Origin: Lama guanicoe
Taxonomy: Eukaryota
Reading direction: 5' to 3'
NCBI GenBank assembly: GCA_013239625.1
Contig: MU053881.1
Coordinates: 14,748,373 to 14,812,372, forward strand
Length of the DNA: 64,000 nt
Positions 25,747 to 37,317 of the stretch are shown here, piece after piece. The translations under genes were made by a program, and so were the position numbers. Position 1 is the first letter of the stretch. Every line of letters begins with the position of its first letter. The notes below the pieces were generated by a model that worked only from the letters and a program-made list of their open reading frames with translations, was not told where the DNA came from and did not search any database.

Positions 25747-27654
25747 GTACGTACCCATCATGCCCCTTTGACTTGAGTGTTCACCCCATGAGTGTCCTGA
25801 GAGCCCACAGGACAGCCTGGCAGATGCACTCCTGCCCCACAGATCAGCCCAGGATAAATCATGACTTCACTTCCACTGAGCTCAGGGCTGTTAGGGAGAA
25901 GCATCTGTTTGGGTTATTGGGAGATCGGCCCTCATCTGGGGCATCAGGGAAGCCTCCCTGGAGGGGAGCTGGAGCTAGATCCAAAGACTCAATGGATGTT
26001 TGCCAGGGCAAGGGGGAGAGAACACCTCAGCAGAGGGACTAGTATGTTCCCTAGAACCTGTGTGGAGGCAAAGAGGAGGGTGTGTCCTTGCCTGTGAGTC
26101 TGAGGAGGAGGGTGGACACTGTCCCTGGTCTTGCTGGCAGCTCTGGGTAGGATGAGAATGTGCTGCTCATGTACTATAATGGATGGGTCCTGGTCTGGGT
26201 GTGAGCAACAAGCATCTCCACGCATGGGGGCCTGGCACCCTTGTGCCAAGAGGGGGCACCATTGTCCTTTCCATTCCTCAGATAGGGTGGCTGTTCAATG
26301 CTACGCAGCCCAAAGGTGACAGAACCAGGGCTGGAGCCCACTCTGCCTGTGGGGTGCAGGTTCTCCTTCAGGGGAAGGCCCCCTAGGGCCATGTGTTTCT
26401 GGTACTGAGCCATAACCCTGCTGGGCTCCCCGTGAAGTGAGTGGGGTTCCCGTGCTCTGTGGATTGTATCCTATAGCTGGCTAGGGAATCTGGACCCTTG
26501 CCCTGCTCCAACATGCTAGACACTTGTGCCTTAGTTTAATTAAGAATACAGATAAAAATTTTACATTTCCTGGAGCATTTCTGGGGCCCAGCGGTAACTA
26601 AGCGTGCGGTTCTAGCTTGTTTGGGACCTTGAGTGAGTCATACACTGGGGTTGCCTCCTTCCTGTGGGACTCAGACCAGCTACATGGAGCACTGATGGCC
26701 TTGCTGGACTTCAGCCTGCTTCTGCCTTTTACAGACCTGGGGGCTGCTGGGCCTTATAGACCTCAAAGTTGGGCTGCCCACGTATGAGGGACCTTACACT
26801 GGCAGGACCAGGCGAAGGGGACAGCTCAGTGAAGGGCAACCAGGAGCATTTTATCAGTTCTCTTTTTTTCCCCAGTGAAAACTACAGTTTGAAAGAGAAC
26901 TCTGCATTATCCTGGGCACTTGACACTGCCAGGGATTGGGGTTATTCCTTTCCCTCTGACAGCCTTTTCTGAGCAGTGTTCCTCAGATAGCACTTTCTCC
27001 TCCTTTCCCACATGGAGACCCCAGGAAACTACAGTAGCATCAGATGAGGTGATTTACTCTGTCCCCCAGTGCTCGTAGAATAGTTTGAAGAAGACTTCAC
27101 CAAACAGCACACCTGTTTAGTAAAGGCCAAATGACTTTGTGTTTTCTTTTCCTTTAGAAAATTTTTATCTCTAAGGTGCTCCTTAGCTGCTTGAGTTAAT
27201 TCATTTTGTGTTTGTGGTTGTCATCAATTTGATACACACTCAGGTTCCTTTGTTTCTGCTGAAATCAGTTTGGGTGCTTTTTTTTCACATCCTTTTAAAC
27301 AAGTAAATAAGTACAGCATTTGTGTGGCTCTAAAGTAAAAATTAGAAGAGGTAAGTTCAGAGAAGTCTCATGCCCTCTACCTATCAATGGGATACCATTT
27401 TCATTCATTTCTCTGTGTGTGTGTGTGTGTGTGTATGTATGTTCCCTCATAGCTCTTACACCAATAAGTAGTCGTCTATATGTAATAGACTCTTTTGCAT
27501 CTTGCTTTTTTCCCTTTACAGCATATCTAGAAGTTCCCCTCTGCCTGTCCCACCTATACCCTCATCTCTGTTCCATTGTGTCATCCTCCACATGCAGCCA
27601 CACCTGTTCCCAGTGTGCTAGAGAGGCATGCCTTAGTTTAAGATAGATTTTTTT

Positions 27655-27863
27655 TTAAAGTTTTTTCTGTATAGCACAGGGAACTATGTTCAATTTCTTG
27701 TAATAACCTTTAATGAAAAAGAATACGAAAACAAATTTATGTGTGTATCTGTATGACTGGGACATTGTGCTGTATACCAGAAATTGACACATTGTAACTG
27801 ACTGTACTTCAATTAAAAATAAATAAATAAATTTAAACCTCCATCCCAAGGGAAAAAAAAAAA
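27655..27863 (+). mobile_element. L1 3' terminal fragment with A-rich tail
   Basis: ctgtatagcacagggaactat...acattgtaactgactgtacttcaattaaaaa. Confidence 0.8.
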
Positions 27864-28289
27864 AGAATACCGTTTGAAACTTGACATTTCCTGGAGCGTT
27901 TCTGGGACCCAGTAGTGACTCAGCACACTCTTGTAGCTTGTTTAGCCTAGTGCACAGTTGCTTTGTGTTTGTGGCCATTGGGTATCTTCCAGAAGGGGGA
28001 TTAATGCAAACTAAGTTTTGATAGGTAGTGCAGGTTTTCCTCCCTGGGTCCACTCTCCCAGCAGTATCATGAGTGCCTGTCCCCACTCCTCCCACCTTTT
28101 GATGTGCCTTTGAACCAGTGGGATTATGAGACATTTCTCATTTTCTCAATGAAGTTTTAGTTTGCATTTTTCTTAAGTAAAATTTTGAAGCCCTTTTCAT
28201 AAACTTATGTGTCATTTTTATATCTTTATGTAAACTGTTCATATCATTTGCTCTTTGTTTTTTTAAAAGAAGTTTCATCCTCTTAGAAA

Positions 28290-29990
28290 AAAGTTTTGTT
28301 GAGGTATAATTGACATGCCATAAACTTCACATATTTGTCTAATTAGTTTTAATGCATATTTACACCTGTGCAACCATCACCACCATCAAGATGACGAACA
28401 CATTCATGACCCAAAAGTTCCCTTGTGCCCTTTGTCATCCCTTCCTGCAGGCAGCTGCTGATCCGTGCTCTCTCACTGTAAATAGTTGGCATTTTCTATA
28501 ATTATATGTAAATGCAGTTTGTTCTCTCCTTTTGTCTAGCTTCTTACTCCACATAATTACTTGGATTCAGCCATGTTGTGTGTATCCATAGTTCACTTTT
28601 GAATGCTGTGTATCACATTGTGTGGCTGGACCAGTTATTTACTCCTTCAGCTGTTGATGGCATTGAGTTGTTCCTGGTCTGGGATGATTACAAATAAAGC
28701 TGCTGTGAGCAGTCATTTACAAGGTCTGCTTTTATTTCTCTCCAGTAAAATACTGAGTCAGGGAAAGGCTGGCTGCCAAACTGACTTTCTAAGTGGTGGC
28801 ACAGTTCTACATGTCTAGCAGCCTGGATGAGAGTTCTGGTTCTTCCCCATCCTCACCAGCACTTGATAGTGTCAGTCTTTTTCACATTAGCCCTCCCAGT
28901 GTGGAGGAGGGGGTTTCGCACTGTGGTTCTCATTTGTGTTTCCCTGAGGATAACTGTGTTGAGCATCTTTGCATGTGCTCGTTTATTTCTTTAGTGAAAT
29001 GTCTTTTTGGATCTTTGGGCTATTTTTTAATTGAGTTGTTTATTTACTTACTAATGAATTTTGAGAGCTTGTTATATATTCTTAATACAAGTCCTTTATC
29101 AGATATGTGATTTGTAGATATTTTCTCCCAGTCTGTGACTTGTTTTCTCATTCTAGCAGTCTTTTGGAGGGCAGAAGTTCTTAATTTTTGCCCTTTTCTC
29201 GATTGGGCTTTTTGGATTTATTCTTAGTTTCTACGAGTGTTTACCTGTGATGTAATTGCATTTATTTCCTTCTTAATTGGATATTTAACTTTCATTTTGC
29301 TTATGGTATGTTCTACAATGCAGAAATGTTTTATGTAGTCAAATTTATCAATTTTTTTCTTTTATTGCACCTGGATACTAAGTTACAGTTAGAAAGAATC
29401 TCCCAACACTCAGATTATAAAGACATTTATACATTTTCTCCCACTACTTGTATGGCTTGGTTTTTGCATTTAGATTTCCAGTCTTTGTGTGGTTATTTAG
29501 GAGCAGAAAGTACAGCATAGATCCAACTTAAATATTTTTCTAAAAAAGCTACCCAGTTGTCCCAACACTATTCATTTAAAAGATCTTTTTCACAGTGGCT
29601 TGAGGCCACCTTCATCAAATACTGGGTTTCTGGCCTTTCTCTTGGTCTGTCTGTCCACGGACCGGTACCATGCTGTTTTTTTCACTTTGTTTTGTTTCGG
29701 TTTTTTGCTATTTTGACTGTAGAGGTTTCATACACCTTGTAATATCCATTGGAGCTGGACCCCTTGTTGATCTTGTCCAGGTTTTTCCCAGATATTCTTG
29801 CATATTTATGTTTCTATATGAACTGAAGAATCATACCGTGTTTCTATATGAATTAAGAATCATGTTTAGATCCAGAAAAAAAATGATGCTTTTACTGGGA
29901 TACTTTTAAACTTTAATATGTTAATTAGGGGAAATTGACATCATTACGAAGCTGAGTTGTCCTATCTAAGGACAAAGGCTGTCTTTCCTT
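28290..29990 (-). mobile_element. Old, fragmented L1M
   Basis: ttgttgaggtataattgaca, gttgagcatcttt, aagtcctttatcagatat and aaattgacatc motifs. Confidence 0.7.
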
Positions 29991-30183
29991 TGGCCCAAGT
30001 ATATTTTGTGTGTTTTCAGTTTCTCACACCAGCCGCAGCTCCAGTGGCTCAGGCCGTTGGACTCTGCAGTGCAAAGAGGCCATATTACCATGACATTCAC
30101 TCACCTTTGCTGCAGGACATGAGGCAGAAGGTGCTGCAAGTGGCAGACCTTTTTCCATCTCATAGCTGGAGTGTGGGAGGAAC
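29868..30183 (+). repeat. About 315-bp dispersed duplicate, copy 1
   Basis: Aligns end to end with 61852-62167. Confidence 0.95.
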
Positions 30184-30564
30184 AGTGAGCAAACGCAGGC
30201 CCAGAGTGGCCGGTGATGTAATTAGAAAGATGAAGTAAGGCCCAAGTCGGATCTTCTGGCTGTAGTGTTAGAGCTCGTACTAGCATGTTCCCTGGTCGTC
30301 CCTGCATACCTTGTTCCTCCACCTCCCTCCCCCGAAAAGCAGTTAGGCCTCTTACGTTCTGGCTCCTTTGTTAAATTACTAATACTCCTTAAACTATCTC
30401 ATTGCACAGCTGACCATCAACCGTAGCTGGCAGAAAGAGGTCATGTTATTTGCTTCTTTGTCCCACTTCCAGCTTTGTTGAGTCCATTTGGAAGTTTCAG
30501 CGAATGGGAGTGTTCAGAGAGCCGTCTGATTAACCATAACCAGTGTATTTCATCTTTATCCCAG

Positions 30565-31082
30565 GTTTCTACATGACCAAAATAGTTCAGCTTTCAAATT
30601 CTATCGAAAGAAAGTATTTGAACTGTGCCCATCGATTTGCTTTTCATCATCTCCGCTGACCCTCCAAGCCAACGAGAGCGCTGATTCTCAGGAGAGCCCC
30701 CTAGAACCCATGGAAGGGGAAGGAGAGTTTGAGGACGAACCCCCTCAGCATGAGGCCGAGCTGGAGAGCCCAGTGATGCCTGAGGAGGACGAGGACGAGG
30801 AGGACGAAGAGGAGGAGGATGAGGAGGGGGGTGAGGAGGTCCCCACTCCTGGAGAGGCCTCCAGGCCGATGGGCGGGTCTACCAAGTCCGAGTGCTCTGA
30901 GGGCAGCCCCCCTGCTGATGGCCTCCTGAGTGAAGTGGCCGAGGATGGCCCTGCTGGTGCGCCCGCCCTGTCACAGGCTTCCTCAGGGGCCTGCTTTCCC
31001 CGGAAGAGGGTCAGCAGCAAGTCATTGAAGGTCGGCATGATTCCAGCTCCCAAGAGACTATGTCTCATCCAGGAGCCGAAAG
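30565..31082 (+). CDS. SUGP2: SUGP2 coding exon 6 (end of SURP2, acidic tract)
   Basis: cccag| FLHDQNSSAFKFYRKKVFELCP...LIQEPK G|GTGAGT. Confidence 0.95.
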
Positions 31083-32921
31083 GTGAGTACACAGCCAGCC
31101 ATCAGCACAGCGCCCTCAGAAGGGGTCTTCTGTTTAACACCTGAAGAGGAGTCATGGTGCTTATTGTGGGCCATGGAAAATCGTGGAGACGTTCCTGACT
31201 GCTTTGAAGAATTTACTGGCCTTCAGCCCAGGTTCAGCTGTGAGATGACCAGCTGGCCCCTGTCACCCTTCCTGCCTCTGATTGCTTTGGCTAATGTGGA
31301 CGTTACCTTTCAGAATCCCCCCTGGGCCAACACAACATAGGGTTCTTTGGTCTTGAATTTTTAACCTAAAATAGTGCTACTAGTTTTGTATACCAGTCCA
31401 AAATGTTCATGAGAAACTGATGTTTCTAGTTGGTCTAAAGTCGGCACTCTAGAGGGACACTGCATGTGGCTTCTGGCGCCCCACATGCTGCTTGTTATTT
31501 TACATAATTGCTCAGATTCCAGCAGAGGAATCCTGGCAGTGGAAGGAATGGGCCTGGGTCACCTTGTGGCTGTTTGCTGTCTGTGATCTTGAGGGGTGCC
31601 CAGCTTTCTGAACCCCGCAAAGGCCCCAGGGTAGTGACGATGAGACAGGAGGATGTGGAGCAGGACTAGTCTCGGGTAGTCGTTAGTGGGAGCTGTGCAC
31701 TCCCTGCTCTGCCTGCCTTGGCCATGGAAGGCCATCTCCTGCTCCTGTGTTGGGAGGGTCAATCTTCTTGAGATACAGTTTACTAGCAACAAAATGCATC
31801 CTTTTCAAAAAGTGGACAGTGCAAGGAGTTTTGACAAAGGTACATAGGCATGAACCGCTCCCAGTACGCCAGAGGTGGAGCCCATTCCAGAAATGTCTCC
31901 GTGTTCCTCTTGGGTCTCCTCCTCTACCCAGCCCTGGCAGCCACTTTCTGGCTTTGTGGTTTTGCTTTTTCTAGAATGTCAGTTGGTGCATCATCATGTG
32001 CTGCCTTTCGTTAGGCTGCCCGCTGCCCACCCAGGTGTCTCCACACAGCCAGGCCTGGGCCATGTTTCATGTATGGGGCTGATGCTTCAATACTTGTGTG
32101 TGAGGCAGTTTTGGTGAACAGCACTCCGTCGTGTGTGTAGAACCTGTGTGTTTCACGTTATTGAGGCCATCACATTCACCCCCACTAGTGTCAGTTTCTA
32201 CTGCTGATGAAACAGTTCTCGTGGTTTGTGTTTAGAAACCTTGGCATTGCAATGGATTACTAACTATTCTGCCAAAATCTTGTCCTTCAGAACTTAGCAC
32301 AAAGGGTGGTAGCACATCAGAATGACTGCTAAGGTGGTCTCCATGGGGGGAACGTGGAGTTCTTTCTGTTTTAGAAGCTCTCAGTTGCTTGATAGGGTGA
32401 TTGATTAGACAATACCAGACCTGCTGATCTACCCTGTGATAACATGTGTAAATATGGTAATAACTATAATAATAATGTGATTTGGCGCTCTGTAGGAAAA
32501 GCATGTTTGTTTTACTGGAAAGTTACACGTGGACTTTAATTATCTATGGAACAGTCCCAGAGACACAAGGAGGGCACAGTGTTGCAAATAGTTCATTTGT
32601 TGAAACAAAATATATTCCTACAGTCATGGAAAATGATCCCCGCTTCCAGTCCTTCATCATAAATGTGGGAGTCACACTTAAGTAGACTCTACCACAGTGA
32701 GGCAGCCCTCAGTTGAGGCGGTGTTCTGCGTCTGTGCTCTGTGGGTCACACGATTCCTGAGAGGAGCGAGGGCCAAACGGCTGGTGTTGTGGTGCAGCTC
32801 TGAGCCACCTTCTGTCAGCAGAGGGGCTCTTAGCCAAAACTGCAGCACCCTCATTTTCTTTCTTAGTAACTTGGGGAAAGCGCATATATATGTGTGTGTG
32901 TGTATTTCTTTTGTCTTCTAG

Positions 32922-32983
32922 TTCACGAACCAGTTCGAATTGCCTATGACAGGCCTCGGGGTCGTCCCGTGTCCAAGAAGAAG
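32922..32983 (+). CDS. SUGP2: SUGP2 coding exon 7
   Basis: ttctag| (V)HEPVRIAYDRPRGRPVSKKK |GTGAGC. Confidence 0.93.
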
Positions 32984-35879
32984 GTGAGCATGACTGTGAA
33001 TCCTCCCGTGTGACGTAGTCAGAGTTTGCCAGCGTTTCAAAGGATACTGTGGCTGTGACTAAGCTATACTCATACTTCAGGCCAGGTGTCAGTTTTTCTC
33101 TCAGGGGCTTTTCTCTCCAGGGGCTTCTTAAAACTGTTTTGCTTTGTCCAAGGAGGAAGTAATTAGTCCATTTAATGGATGGGTGAGTCTGAAGAGATGA
33201 ACAAGATGTCTCAACCATTGAGAAGTTCAGATTTAGTGAACTACAGTTGTGATTGAAAGAGTGCACTACTTTGCTAGTAAGTGGAGCACGTGCTCGTGTG
33301 TGTTCATTAACTGATCAGCACCTCCTATGTGCCCAGCCCATCTACCTACCTAGAGGCAGCAGTGAGCAGGGCTGGCAGCAACAGAAATGTACAAGATCCA
33401 GTCATCGGGGTGCTGTGGGTGCAGAGAAGCAGGTCAAAGGGAAATGGGGTATAATGTGGGTTGAGGGGTACTCTTTAACCAGGGGGGCCTAGGAGAAGCC
33501 TCAGGGCAGTCATATTTCAGCAGGGGCCCTTTATGCCTAGAGTGGAGTGATGGGGGTGGTGAGGTGAGGAAGTAGAGGTGCAAGCACCCAGGGCACTTCA
33601 AGGTCTGTAGATGGATGTCAGCACCGTGGCCCCTTTTCTCGGAGACACTCTCAGGGAACCATGGTGGTGATTTGAGTGGAAAGCATAGCCACTTTGGCTG
33701 CTGTGTTGAGAGCAACCTGTGGGATCAGGGGCCAGGCAGACTCGGGAGACCAAGTGAAGTTAGTGGGACGTGCTGATGGGTTGGATGTGGAACAGAAAGT
33801 CACGAATCCAGGGTGACTCCAGGGTTGTCAGCCTGGGCAGTTATGAGGATGCAGCTGCCATTGACTGAAATGGGGAGTCCCTCTGGGGGGGCAGGTCATT
33901 GGAAGGAGATGGGGGCACACTCCAAACAGCTGATTGGACGTCTGTCAGAGCAGGTGAAGCTGAGCAAGGTAACCAGGGCTATATGTGGGGACATCTAAGG
34001 ATCCCACAGATCATTAGAGATCAGGAAGGTAAGTAAGGTAGCTGGTGAGGTCTCTACTGGTGTCAGATTGGGAGGAAAGCCCGTGTAGTGGCTCAGACCT
34101 AAGTGCATTGTGTCAGTCTCAATGGCCAGAGGAAGTATCAGTGTGACCCCAGTTACAGTTGGGAGCAGGGACCTTCCTGTGCCCGAAGCTTGTGGTCCTA
34201 AATGGTGTGCTGGCTTTTAAGCTGAGATAGCACCCGGGTACCCTTCTGGTGGCTTGGGTGAAGGCGCAGCCTGGTGAGGGGACAGCTATTTCAGGCTCAC
34301 CTAATCTTGGCATTTGAATCCTGAAGTTCCATTTGTACATCTGTAAAGTGGGGCAGCTATACCAACCATGCAGGTAGGAGATACCTTGAGGATTAAACAA
34401 AATGCATGTTAACTTGGTGTGTAGCCACTGTCCTGCAAAGTGGGTGTTTTTTTTGGGGGGGTGACTGCAGGCAGGTAGGAGACCTCCCCTGCAGCTCTCT
34501 GTGTGCACCTCAGCCTGGCCCATGGTGCACGGCTTTTCTCCAGCCCCAGGAGACCAGGCAGGGTGATTCTTAGACACAAATTGAAAACTCAGAGAGATCT
34601 GTCCAGGCTGAGCTGATCCCTGTCCCTCCCATTGCTCCCACCTGAGCGGCTTACCTGACATTTGGGGAACCCGTGGCCAGCCTTTCCTCTGCCTCCCCCA
34701 CCCTCTTCCCCTCCCGCATTTGTTCCCTACTCAGACCCCCTCTGCTACTCCAGCTGCCTTGATCAGGACAGAGGGGCTCTCTCCCCAGGAGTGTGTAAGA
34801 CCCTCTTGGTCTCCTCAGTCTGTGTTGAGTGTTAAGTAAATCGGTAAGAGAAACACGGGCTCAGGCAGCAGGGACTGAGCCCCCAGCTGCCCAGCAGTTC
34901 CAGCACACTGTGGATGCTGATGAATATTCATGATTGAATGGAAGTCCCCTCTGCTCATCCTAGGCAGGCTCCTCCTCTAGAGGCCTCCAGGCCTCTTAAC
35001 TTATCTTCCCGCAGCCAGCTCTGGAGCCCAGATCTCCTCCAGGTCTCCTTACCGCTGCGCCTGTAAGGTCCTGCCCAGCTGCACTAGCTCCCAGTGGGGT
35101 CTGCTCTGTGGTAGACATGGACTCCCGAGTCCAAGTAAAACCCAGTCCTTGTCCTTAGGAAGCTCTCAGAGCTCCAGACCTGGGAAGGAACAGACAGACA
35201 GACACACATGAGTCAATCAGGTTTGCTGAGCAGTGCCCAAAGGCAGCCAGGGAAGTTTCCAGGCTGGAGTCACACTGCTCATAGTTCTGGAAGCCCATAG
35301 GAATGAATGAAGCAATCGGGTGACGGGGCAAGGGGTCAAATCGGAAGGACCGTTTGAGCCAGTTTTCTGCACAGCCTCTCTCCACCACCTATCTGGCCCC
35401 TCCTGCCTCAGTCCTGCCTCTGCTCTGACTCCTGCACTCCAGGGCCTTCTTTCCTCAAGGCCTGTGCCCTGTTTCCTCAGCCTGGGATGTGCCCTCTGGT
35501 TATCACAGGGCCACACTATTTATCCAGGTCTCCACTCTGGGTTCTTCCTACTGACTCTTTGGTGCCAGGACCCACATCCCCTCATGAAGTTGAACTCACA
35601 GTCTTACCATGGCAGTAAGAGTGGTCACGGTGAAGCCTAAGAGGCTGATCCAGCTCAGTTCTGTAGGGGCACCTGAGGCGGGTGACCTCCAATCTTTAGC
35701 AGCCTCAACCTACCCAGGGAATGTTGCCAGGAACTGGGGAGGTGACCATGGCTTGATCTTGAGCGTCTGGGGAGTCAGGGAGGCATTAGGGGTATTAGTA
35801 CTGGGGCATGTCTAGGTGCAACCCAGGGCAGACCCTCGTTCTTCACTCCACCCTACGTGCCACTCTTCTCTCTCCTCAG

Positions 35880-36016
35880 AAACCCAAGGACTTTGATTTC
35901 ACTCAGCAGAAGCTGACCGACAAGAACCTGGGGTTCCAGATGCTACAGAAGATGGGCTGGAAGGAGGGCCACGGCCTGGGCTCCTGTGGGAAGGGCATCA
36001 GGGAGCCCGTCAGCGT
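35880..36016 (+). CDS. SUGP2: SUGP2 coding exon 8 (G-patch)
   Basis: ctcag| KPKDFDFTQQKLTDKNLGFQMLQKMGWKEGHGLGSCGKGIREPVS GT|GTATGC, a canonical G-patch motif. Confidence 0.96.
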
Positions 36017-36653
36017 GTATGCGGCGGGTGCTGGGGGCCAAGGGTGGGGATGGGCAGCGTGCCTGGGGAGATGAGGCTTTCTGTGGGATTCTTGTCCTCA
36101 GTCCTTTGGTCATCCTGATTCTTGGTTTCTCTCATGTTGAATGTGGCTTGAAGCAGATCATTGACACATGCAGGTGTTCACACAACTCCTTGCACTTGAG
36201 TAGACTTGGTCCCTGGCATTTGGCCACATTCATTATTGTCATAAAAGCGGAGTAGTAATACTGGGTAGTTACACTAAGAACCGCTTACTTCCCTTTTCCG
36301 AGAACCCATACGCAGACTAGCCTGGGTCCAGGGTAGAACATGGCCCAGAGTTAAAGCCCCATTAACATCCAACAAGCATTTCAGTTAAAACTGAGCTTAT
36401 CACCTGCTGGGGAGGCGTTCTGCTGTAATCAGGGGCTGGTTTCTGAGCATGCCCCTCAGAAGTTTCACATACCTGCACAGGTGAGTACCCCTTGTTCCCC
36501 ACAGTGAATCATGTCTTTACTTTCCCTTTCCCTTGCTGTCACTGTTATGTGTCCCTCATACCTCTGTCCCACTCTGACTGCTCGGGCTGTTTTCGGTCTC
36601 CTGGTGGCCAACTCTGGGCTCAGGTGTGGCTAACTCTCCATTTTGCTCCTTAG

Positions 36654-36774
36654 GGGAACTGCCTCAGAAGGGGAGGGGTTGGGTGCCGACGGGCAGGAAC
36701 ACAAAGAAGACACGTTTGATGTGTTCCGTCAGAGGATGATGCAGATGTACAGACACAAACGGGCCAACAAATAG
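36654..36774 (+). CDS. SUGP2: SUGP2 last coding exon
   Basis: cttag| GTASEGEGLGADGQEHKEDTFDVFRQRMMQMYRHKRANK*. The TAG is followed directly by GTATGT. Total CDS is 3288 nt. Confidence 0.95.
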
Positions 36775-37317
36775 GTATGTGTGTGAGCTAGTGTGTGGGG
36801 CAGACTGCCTAAGCTGACGTTCTGGTTCGCAGAGAGGCTTCCTCCAGAAGAGTTGGTGTGCCCCATTCCTCAAAAACCAAACATCAAAATATCACCCCCC
36901 AAAAAATTCAAAAAATTCCATGAGGGAAAAAAAAGGAGTGTTTGGATGCAGATGTGTCCCACCTCTCGCCTTCCAGGTTTGCCTGAAGGAGCGAGCCCCA
37001 TGCTCTCCAAGAGCAGCTGTGTGCAGCCCATGGCGGGGCCTCAGCTCAGGGCTCCCAGGCTTGACTGCACGTGGCCATCTTGTGGAAACAAGCTGCCACA
37101 GGAGTGGCCTTGTGTCCTGCAAGTGTAAGGGTGACCTGGAAGCTGGCACAGCAGAGGATGCCACTTTGCCTCGTGCCTTTCTGAGGGTCTTCAAATCCTT
37201 TTCCTTCTGAAGGGCTTTTGACCTATAAATATCTTCATCTTTCTCCTCTTTTTAGTTGCCCTCTCCACCCATAATTTCCAACTCAGTTTTGAACAAAATC
37301 ATTCTCTCCCTAAATAG

